A DNA stretch of 62,631 nucleotides, counting the filler, from Bipalium vagum (taxonomy: Eukaryota), in assembly GCA_037834085.1 (NCBI GenBank). It is 3 parts of 3 records of this genome, joined end to end, with 100 filler letters (N's around TTAATTAATTAA, not from the genome) between each part and the next. Parts side by side here need not be neighbours in the genome. Positions count along the whole stretch, not along the records: positions 47,015 to 62,631 come from JBBMKC010155819.1; 2 more parts are not named here. One strand, given 5' to 3'. The notes beneath the pieces were generated by a model. It did no database searches. It was not told the DNA's origin and saw only the letters and a list, made by a program, of their open reading frames with translations. The position numbers were made by a program, and so were the translations under genes. Positions 52,551 to 62,631 of the stretch are shown here, piece by piece (position 1 is the stretch's first letter; each line of letters begins with the position of its first letter).

Positions 52551-54661
52551 ATAAAAAAGCTGATTTTTATCAAATTCGTTGACGTTCAATAACTCAGTTC
52601 AAACAAAACTTCATTATTCTGTATAATCCGTCCTGTGACACAGAGAAACAAGAACATTATACCAAGTGAAAATCTCTGAGATTCCTGGAGACGTGGTTTG
52701 GGCTGATCACTTTCAGTTCCTTAAAAGAATGTGCTGAGCGGGATCAATTGATTCATTGCGAAGGTTGTTCAACTTTCCTTTTGGTTTTAAAATCTTTACA
52801 AAACAAAAAAAACCCTTTACGAGAATTCGTCTTCATAGGAATTAAGCCGAACCCTTGTGAAACGTTTAAAAGTGCAACGTTTGTCCAATTCATAGAAATA
52901 TTATTACCATTTTTTTAGAATTAATCTTATTTTGATGGGGCAATTATTGTTAATTTTTAAAAGTACAAGTAATTCTCCTGTAAAAAATGTAAAATCAAAT
53001 GCTGTGGCCTAACCAAACAGGAAACCAAGTGCGACATAACAATTGTTTTCTAAAGAGATACATGGAGTCCGGGGTGTAAATTTTTCAGTTTTCAATTTTA
53101 CCAACAACAATTTTACATCCTTTGAGATTTTTCATTTTATAAAAAAATAAATAAAAACAATTTTTATTATTTTTCTTTAATATTTATGAACTTTTTTTAT
53201 GAAATTTTGATATATTAAAACAATTATTATCATAAAATTTATTGATTATCAATTTCGTGAAATAATAAAAATAAATCTATCATTTGACGAGGGACACATA
53301 AATTATTGGTCATTCCTTGATCTGATCACAATTATTACGGTTTCATCAGAAACTGTAAAGTGTGAGTCATGCTTTGGTCGACAGAAAAGACCCAGTCATT
53401 CTCCATGACAATGTCCAATGTCAATCGAACGTTTATTTGTGTAACCGAAACAAATAAACATGTTCAGACATTATTAAAATAGTATCAAACCAAAGGCCGG
53501 TTTATTTGATCGATAAAAGTGAAATTAACGCAGTACGGAAAACAGTAATAATAGTTATAATAATAATAATATCTCAAACAGTCTCTTTGAAATACCAAGC
53601 AGACCAAGAACAACGGCAGAGATCACAACGAACATTGAACAAGAATGTTTGGCTGAAGGGAGACGGGGAAAATATTTCCGGGAAAAGCAAAATCCGAACC
53701 CTCAATCAGGAACGGCATGAAGCATATCGAACGGAGGTGGAAAATAATTGGCATAATTGGAACAATAAAAGAAAGGTCCGTGACATGTACTTTCGTTAAA
53801 GAGCAGCATTCTCTCAAATGAGAACACCTTAACGAAACGGTACTCGTCGATTTCTAATTACTCCATCATCACTCTCCGCCACCCTGCTCCGTTCGACATT
53901 ACCATAAATTATTCACAAATCGTCCCAATGCTGCCGCTTGGATGCCTTCGTCGTCGCGGGGAAGCGAGGGGTCATGAGGTATTGCGTCGTTTTTGTCTCA
54001 TTACTTCTGCCTGTTGATGCTGCGGATGTCGATGCTGATGATACTACTGCTGCTCCTAATGATGCCGAGGCTGATGAGGCTGCAGGGAAAATATTTGCCT
54101 TTAATTAAATAAACTGCACTCATGTTAGAAATCATGTTGAAAAAATATTGTTTTTCGCCTTTCCCACCGATTCGCAGCGACTTGTCTCCGTCTCCCACAT
54201 TGATCGTGTTTCATTAATTGTTTTTGTGACCCCCTCCCGTTTGGTCTTGGGCCCAGCTCAGACTTATTCCTTGTAATGGCCTGCTCGCTGTCTCTCACCA
54301 AAGGGTTTTCCTTGTTATCCTTCGATATTTTTTTTGAGAAAAATTAAGAATTAAAACGAAAGACATTTAGTGTCATAAAATAACTTTTCTTTTTTTTCAA
54401 AATTATTAATAATAATTATTATTATAATATAAAAAAATGATAAGATGAATTAAAATGAAAAATATAAAAATAAATAATATTCAAAAATTAACGTAAAAAT
54501 TATGTGTAATTTTTTTTAATTTTGCTTTGTTTTAATTTTTTAAAATTTTAAAATTATTTTTAATTTTTTTTTATTATAATTTTTTTAGTTAATTATTTTA
54601 ATCTTATAGAAATTATAATGACTAAAATAGGCTTAACTATTTTTATTGATTTTCAAATTTT

Positions 54662-54709
54662 AATAATATTAATAATATTAATAATAATAAAAAAAAAATA
54701 ATAATAATA

Positions 54710-54747
<38 letters not shown>
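54662..54747. repeat. Imperfect (AAT)n microsatellite
   Basis: Direct observation. Confidence 0.9.
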
Positions 54748-54748
<1 letters not shown>

Positions 54749-55189
54749 TTTTTAAATTCTACTTTTATTAATAAATAACAGTAATAATTAAAACAAAAAA
54801 ATTTTAAAAAGAGACTGTTTTTTAAACATTTCAGACAGTTTTAATGAACGAAAATAGAAAAAGGTAAACATTGAACAGGGATTCAAGGGATAAAGCCCTC
54901 CCAAACCAGACGAGGAAAATTTGTCGACCAAGCGAAAATGGAAGGACAGTTTGATTAGGAAACCCTACGAAAAGGAGAAATAAATTGAACAGAAAAGAAT
55001 ATGAAATTTAAAGGAATTTCTTCTAAAAAATCTGTGCTGTTTTTTATTTTACATAAAATATATTCTTCTTTAATTATATTTTCTGAATTGATAATAACAG
55101 GAAATATCAGTAATAATAATGTTAATATATGAAATAATATTTCTCTTTGATAATAATATTATTATTTAATTTATCTCTAAAGTTATTTT

Positions 55190-55776
55190 CTTATTTACTT
55201 TGAATTCGTCTTTGCTAACTTTACCATATGGCACTTATAATTAATTATATGAATAAGACAAAAACTGATTGAGGGATTGCACGAATGGTTACAACAGAAT
55301 ATTATATTAGGATTAATCCAAAAGTATGAAAAATGGATACCATATGATTTGACCGAAATACTGCAAGAAAATGGCAACCACTATATGACCTAAGACATGA
55401 TCCGATCATTTTGCAACACGATCACACCAGAATATATCTTGCAAAATCAGTTAAAGAAACATTTTGATAAGTCTTACCTGGGAGGTTCTCAACATACATA
55501 GCACCATTTGATTTACACTTGTTTCGATATATGCAACATTTGCCTGATGGACAGATCTTCAATGCCTATGAAAATTTCATAAAAAAAGATGGATCAATGA
55601 ATTCTTTCAAAGGATCTAAATTTCTTTAAATACAGTATCCATTCTTTATCCAAAAGATGGTCAAACGTTGTAGTTACCAACGGAAAATATTTTGACCGAA
55701 ATGAATGTTTCCTTACTTTTAAGTTAACTATTTTTTTTCATAAAAAATCGATGCGATTTAATTCCCATACTTAATA
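55190..55776 (+). mobile_element. mariner 3' part
   Basis: ILQHDHTR, WEVL, IAPFDLHLFRYMQH, KRWSNVVVTNGKYFD; TIR-like end TTAATTCCCATACTTAATA. Confidence 0.85.
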
Positions 55777-56462
55777 GAGTGTGTTCAAAAGTAGTAGCGC
55801 ATAGTTTAAACAACATAATTTTTACAATTATCAAATTATTGATTGGAAATTGTTACACACAATTGTGTCTTCCAATAGAAGATTAAGAAAGCTTTCAGTT
55901 CATATATAACATGTTTTAACTTTTGATTTATCAAGATAGAACCAGCCGAATAATTGAAATAGAAATCGTAAATTGACATTTGACCATTTTTGGCAGAAAA
56001 TGTGCCAAGAGGATCAATACAAAGCTTATTAAAGCGATTTATAGACGAAGATCGTATGGAATTTGTAAAGAAATTCAAAAACAATGAAAACCGAAGGAAA
56101 TAAAGAGGGTGAAATCCTCATTCATAAATAGTCCGTCAAAATCGGCTCGAACGCTGCTGAAGATTTGGATATTCATTAGAGTAGTGTTCACAAAATAAGA
56201 CAGACACAAAGGCATAAAAACATTAAAATCTCTTTCTTGCGAAAAAGAAGATGATGAGAATATTAAAAGAAAGAAATCATTTTCTTGTCCACCAGTCTTA
56301 GTGATATAAGTTAGAAAGGCTGATATTACCTTCCAATGACCTCAGTTCTCTCCAAAGATAAAGGAAAAAAATAAAAAATTACTTTGAAATGCTATTTATT
56401 AAAACAAATTATTAATCATTTTCTAAATATGAATAACGTCAAACAAGACAAGAGCATTTAAA

Positions 56463-57358
56463 TCATAGTAGACATTTTTCTGATCTCAACCCTTTAAGTT
56501 TAGCACATATGTTAGCATTATTCTCAAATTTGTAAGGACTCTCATAAGAGGTAATACACACCAAATAAAGCTTCAGTAAGGCCGTGACATTCTGAGACCC
56601 CTTCAGAAATGGGGAATTAAGAATTATAATATTCCATCTGTTTTCTTTAATATTGTTCTTCAGTTCTTCCAGATCAAACTCATCATCACCAAATTCAATT
56701 ATCAAACCCTTCTCATTACCGAACTTTTTCATATCCGAAATCTGTCGAATGCAACTTTTGTATTCACTGCACTTTCCGTCAGACAAAATTGAAACGGAAT
56801 TATTTCCAAGCAAGTCTTTATAATGTCTACTAAATGAAATCAGCTTAGACCTACCTCATGTACCCATGACGGCCACAATAGAACCTTTATTACTTAATAA
56901 TAAAGGTATGGCTTCCCTGTCATTAAAAGTAAAAAAACTAAACATTGTCTTTTCTAATTGATTTATCCGTGGTTTCACATTGTTTAAAAAAGCAAATGGT
57001 GGCTTCGATATATCGGAATAGAACTAAAAATATGATAAAATTATAAGTGAATAACAAAAACCGCCGACTTTGTCATTGTATCGTTTATTGATATAAATCT
57101 TTACGCTTTGACAATTGGTATTCGATTGACATATTTCAAGATAACCATACAAAAAGCAAACCGAAGTAAGCGCATTGAATTGGAAAGCTTTGCAATTGGC
57201 CATGAAACATTGAAGAGCACATTTAATTACCGATGAATCATTGGACATTTCAAAGTGGTTAAAAACGCATGACTCAACGACCATGAAGATCTCGTGGGAT
57301 ACGCATCAAATATTAAATTGAAAAGTAAAAGAATTACAGAAAATGTAATCGACAACAT
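56463..57358 (-). pseudogene. Disrupted secreted protein: signal peptide, PAN/Apple-like domain, TCAF-N-like region (2 exons)
   Basis: ATG 57358 encodes signal peptide MLSITFSVILLLFNLIF but is 1 nt out of frame with the PAN-like ORF (SVIKCALQCFMANCKAFQFNALTSVCFLY). A 45-nt GT-AG intron lies at 57068-57024. Exon 2 (57023-56463) is open except for TGA at 56858-56856. AATAAA follows at ~56400. Confidence 0.7.
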
Positions 57359-58822
57359 TTTCGAATGAGCTAAGCAAATATCTCTTCATAGATATATTAG
57401 TCAGAATTTCTCTAACCTGTTTGGAAAATATCATAGGAGAATGCATTGGAAAACAATATCTGTCCATCTCAACTTCTGAGGACCATTGAAATATAACCAG
57501 TGTGAAACGGAAGAGAAATCACTCTCGAAAATAAGCTTCCTCTTTACTTTTTTCCCATGTCCTTCGTTCATGTTCTCCTAATACATTACACTGTAGCACT
57601 TGTCAACAGAATGTTATGAAATAATAATGTGATAATAATGATAATATTCTACATGGCTAACACTTTTGAGCATGAGTATATTAGAATTATTTGATTGAGA
57701 GATGTTTCGAGAAGAAAGCAGAAAGGTTTAATCAAATATTGTACAATGGGATATAAATTATCATTTCCAAAAGGGAACGGAAACGTATTTCATTATTGTT
57801 TAAATAAAGAATAATATATGATTTTATGATATTTCCATTTATTATTATTCATATATTTTTGGTTATATTTAAAATGAAAAAGAGAAAGGTGATAATAATA
57901 AATGTGTATGACAATTAAAACAAAATAATATTGAAATTATTATTAAAATTAAAATATTGGTTTTATAAAAAAATAAAAATCACTGTAAAAATATTTTACT
58001 TTTATTTATTTATATTTTTTATAAAATATATTAATTACGAATAATTAATTATTTTAGTAAAAATAAAGTTTATTTTTATAATTATAATTTAGCCTTGATA
58101 ACTGTGTACGATGTGGTCCATGGGAAACATGACTGGTGTGAAATGAAAGACAACTCATAAAACTTTACGGTGAGAAATCCAGGGTTGAATCAGAACTACC
58201 AATCAGAAGCGATCATGCTGTTGTCCGTAACAAATTGAAGATGTATCCCTATTCAACATATATCTTTTCCATTGTTTACCAAAAAGTGAACACACAAAAA
58301 TTACCATATAACACTGACTCTAATCTCTTATATGGTTAAAAAGTCTCACTTTTGGATGGAATAATATCTGCGAAGAACATTTATTATTATTTTTCAGGTA
58401 TCGTTATATTATATTAATATTTATATTGCACCAAAAATTATCGCTACCTTGGTGCTTCACAAAGGAATTGTTTTCCATATTCCTGTTTCATTTTAATGGA
58501 TGGCTGACTGCAAGTGTTGCTTTTCATCGTGAAAGATATACCCTTTTCAGGAGAATAAATTTGACTTTCAGTTGATACCTTTCCATGGAAATTTCTTCCT
58601 GTTTGACTTTTGGTATTATTGCCTAAAATATATCTTCATTGTTTTTGTCTTCGATTTAACAGGACAGCTTTGATACTGGTTCCTTCAGTTATTTTGGTAG
58701 ATCTGTTCATCCTTTATCTAAAATGACAATTTCTAAACATATGTACACAGACCTTTTCCGTCAGAAATCCTTTATTACTGGTTGCGTTTCTTACTAAATC
58801 TTTTTTTGTAGGATCTCTTTGA

Positions 58823-58823
<1 letters not shown>

Positions 58824-58870
<47 letters not shown>
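58824..58870. repeat. (ATT)n microsatellite
   Basis: Direct observation. Confidence 0.95.
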
Positions 58871-58999
58871 TATAGTAGTAGTAGTATTATTAAGATATTA
58901 TTCATCAATTAATTTATTTTGTAATTCCACTAAATATATCTTATAGCAACAATAATGAGCTAATTAAGAAGACTTTGGCTTTCCTTTATACCGATGAGA

Positions 59000-59830
59000 A
59001 GAAAGATTTTTTTCTAGTCCGTTTGAAACGAATTTTTTTTAGAGAAACTAAAAATCATCAAAATAATATTACTGAAACAAGAAATTAGTTTTCTAAGCAC
59101 CACATATGAAAATAGAAGAAAGTAAAACCGATTTGAAGGGGAAAATTATCTTTTAGCATTAAAAACAAATTTCAAGATGTTTTAGATTGAATTAAGGTTT
59201 GGAAAACCTAATGGAGACTTTATTTGAATCATTTTAAAATTTGAGAAACCAAGACTGTTTTTTTCTCTAATCCATTTTTAAGATTGATGGAATTCAGTTG
59301 TGATTTGTCCAGAAAAAGTTAGAAAGAGAGCTTTGGTGAGATAGAAAATCAATATAAACAAGAATAGTGAAAAATGATTATTTATACAAGATAAAAATGT
59401 CAAGATATATGTATATGTATATATACATTAATTAAGAGAATATGGTTGTTAACATCCCACTACAAATAAATAGATAAGGAGCTGGATATTATTTAGGAAA
59501 GATTAACAAATTAATAACTGAGAAACAAAATAAAGAGAGGTGATCCAAATTTCAAAGAAAATAAAAAGGAGAATTCAAGTACAAAAAATTTCATTTTTGA
59601 AAGGTTTCAAAACCTTCAAGAATATAATAGAGAAATCCATGGTACATGAAGATCTAAAAGTAATATTAATAACATCGAAAACAGAATTATTGAAAAATTA
59701 AAACACCAATGCCTACAATACTTCAAGATAATATCGTGTTTCAATTTATATATCATCTATGTAAAAATCTATTCAGAGAGAAGACAGGGTCACTTCAGAA
59801 CAAGCATTAGTGAACATACGCAATTAAGCA
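59000..59830 (+). mobile_element. Probable Penelope-like retroelement remnant (GIY-YIG end)
   Basis: About 59730-59820 reads NIVFQFIYHLCKNLF...(frameshift)GHFRTSISEH, resembling Penelope NVVYxxxCxxC..YIGxTxRxLxxRxxEH. The upstream part is too decayed to confirm RT. Confidence 0.45.
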
Positions 59831-62631
59831 GCACCAATAAAGTTTTAGATGATTAAATGAATTTCATTGTGCGAAAAAGTAAAGTTGTTGCAGAACAATT
59901 CAGTTAAATTATGAGAAATTTTGATAATAATGATGAATGAACCTAAACCATAGGATTCTAAAAAGTGGTCCACTGATACAATTAATGAAGAGCATACAAA
60001 AGAAGTGTGATTCTGAAGTTACATTTCAGTTATATTAGAAATTAATTGTAGAACTGTAATGTCAATATGAATCTAAAAATCAACATAAATGAAACTCTTC
60101 AAATTTAACAGATATGAATGAACATTGATTTTCCAATTCACTTAACTCGATTGTCACCACACTGTGCCTAAATAAATATGTTAAATGTACGTGTTAAATA
60201 TTGTTCAAGAAGAATTTACATTCAAAAAGAACTCTTAAAACTTTAAGCTTAGTTCAAGATCTAATTCTGAATGTTATATCGTTATTGATTAGAAATGAAG
60301 AATTCATTGAAAACGCTACTCCAAGTTCACTCATTGGTTTAAAAATAACTTGATTCATATGGATAGATTTAATGACAAAGTAATTAATGACAATAACTAT
60401 ATCGAAAATTTTTTTCAAACTAATTAAATCTTACAAAAAGAATGAAAGTGAAATATTTTGTAAAAATATCGACAATATTTTCAACATAGGAGATTAAAAA
60501 GACGAGCATATTTGAAAAAACGAGTCATATAATAGGAAAGAGGTTGAAAAATCGATCGCGTATATATTCATACGAAGAGGTCCAGTAGTGAAATACAATC
60601 AATAGCGATGATAGTCAAGAACAAAAAATTAAAGCAAAAATTCTTTTTTTATTAATTTTCAAAAATTTTTTAGAATCTTAATTACGTGAATTCATTGTTT
60701 AAAATATTTAAAATAATATAATAAAAAATTGAAGAATGCAATCATTATTATTAAGTTACAGAATTAGAGATTATTTTAAAGTTTTAACATCTCTTTTTCT
60801 CTTAGCCCTAATCTCTAGGTTTTCGAAATTTTAATTTCTTAATTAATCCCTAACATTTTTCAAATAAGAGGCATGTTTAAATTAATCGGTAGCAGTATCC
60901 TTACTGATCAGTAAGATATAAATTTTCGTTACTTTCGATTTCTGATATTGTATGTTATCTATTTCCATTTTCTTGAAACCATATAAATCGTTTTTTCTTT
61001 ATTTTACCCCATTAAAAAATTAGAGAAGGACACCCTCTTCAGGTATAAACTGATATAATACATGTATATGATATATTTCCTTAATATTAATTTATAATCA
61101 TAAATTGACTTTGAGATTTAGCAATACTTGTACAGATTGGAATTCGTTAAAATATCAAACGACGACCTGATCATTGGCATTAAGAATTCAATACAATAAT
61201 CAATTGTCTTGTCGCAATTTTCCTGACATAAAATGAATTAATCCATTGAACCATATGGTTCAAGTTAATCATAAAGTCAGTAGCAACTGGCTAAGATCAA
61301 TAGACCTTATAGACATTAAATAAAATCGATATCGTAACTAAAAATAACTGATTTCAGTTACAAAACCGTATTGAAAATATCGAATTTAAATCAATTTTTA
61401 CATTGAAGATTTTTTATCAAATACTGATTATCGATTTGTCCATTTGAGTTTAAGATATAACGTGCTCAAAAAATTTAAACCACTTTCAAAAGTTTTATTT
61501 AAAAAATGGTTTTAATATTAAATATTATTTATTCTATTCATTAACAAAATTTAATATTAATAATCAATAGTGCTCAAACTCAGCTGACACAAAATTTTCA
61601 GAAAACAAGGGTAGCTCTAAAAATTGTTTCACTGCACACCCTTACATTTTCAACGATAATAAAATCTATTTTATCAAACTTGCTTCACCTTGTTGAACCC
61701 TGAATGGTGAATTAAGCTTCATAATTCTTTTGATATTATATTATATCAAAATATTATTAAAACAATATATGTTGATAATATATTATCATGTCTCACTAAA
61801 AACATAAGTAATATGGATAGACTTTATTATTGTCTTTTAATTTAATAATCCAAGCTTAAAGGTTAAATTGCTTCAATAGATGGATAATAGTTCTGTTGTT
61901 TCGCAATTTTTAAGAGTTGTTGTTTGCTCTATTAAATGCCAACTCCAAAATTTTCTTCTATGGTCAGAAACTTTTACAATTTCTTAGAAATATTCGATAG
62001 TTTTAAATGTCCTGATCTTCATATCTGCTTGTTTTAATCACACAGACTTTAATATTTCTCAGGTTTAACATTATTCTCCTACAATTGTTATTCGATGGTT
62101 GATGTTGTCAGAAAAGCTAAGCAAAAAGAACACGAATCCATTAATTTTCAATAGATACTTTTTCACATTTTTTCAGAATATTTATGATTTTTTTTATTGC
62201 TAATATCATAATCCTACAGGGTCTTAGACAAATCGATTTGTGCTTCTTCGAATTATTTCACTAATAATAAAATTTGGGATTTTTTTTAATGAAATTATAT
62301 TTAAATTTAACAATTTTTATTTCAGAAATTAAAAAATCTTTATAGATTTTAATGTGATTTATCTAAATTAATTATTTCTTGTTATCAGATTGCAATATCT
62401 TATTATCAATTACATTTTTTTCTTGCTGAGTTATAAATACAAGTTAGCACGTTGTAAACAAAAAAAGCAAAATTTGAGAATTTTGGAGAGAAGTACTTTT
62501 AGATATCAAAAGCTTTGAGTAGTGATCAAGATTAGAATATAGATTTTTATGAGATAATATACTCATGCTCAAAAGTGTTAGCCATGTAGAATTTATTACC
62601 AAAAATAAAGAAAATGTTTTATTTAACTGTT

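Noticed and set aside
53506-53799. 97-aa plus-strand ORF
   Set aside because: Starts at TTG, its hydrophobic stretch derives from an ATA microsatellite, and it has no recognisable motif.
54071-54090. CTGATGA...GAAA hammerhead-ribozyme-like core
   Set aside because: Stem II lacks the G-C closing pair, and no stems I/III with an NUH site were found.
56856-56858. TGA as selenocysteine or as Trp by code reassignment
   Set aside because: No SECIS seen, the position is not Cys-like, other genes terminate at TGA, and the gene also has a frameshift.
1-62631. Prokaryotic systems (CRISPR, operons, defence islands), tRNA/rRNA
   Set aside because: No repeat-spacer arrays or RNA-gene signatures were seen; spliceosomal introns show the sequence is eukaryotic.

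Overview
Very AT-rich eukaryotic nuclear DNA, almost certainly from an invertebrate animal. The evidence is spliceosomal introns of mostly 44-63 nt, the standard code, a neuropeptide precursor and dense Tc1/mariner debris. There are two artificial 100-bp scaffold gaps. Six host genes are supportable, all on the minus strand: (1) a ZIP3/SLC39A3-like zinc transporter; (2) a 7-exon GPATCH1 (763 aa by my manual reconstruction); (3, 4) two intronless, clearly paralogous four-TM proteins with a CD20/MS4A-like pattern, one carrying PPxY motifs; (5) an 85-aa secreted precursor predicted to release an amidated SIFamide-like peptide (TFQRYSGTIFamide), with a TATA+Inr promoter; (6) a disrupted secreted gene joining a PAN/Apple-like domain to a TCAF-N-terminal-like region (1-nt frameshift plus in-frame TGA). 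The intergenic space holds about 25 decayed transposons: mariner DD34D, Tc1, Tc3-like, pogo/Tigger, IS630-like, a plant-type DD39D mariner with a Stowaway-like TIR, two hAT, RLE-type non-LTR and a probable Penelope. It also holds (AAT)n microsatellites and two unexplained GC-richer non-coding islands. All family assignments come from motif recognition by eye and from memory. No searches were run, and TE boundaries are approximate.
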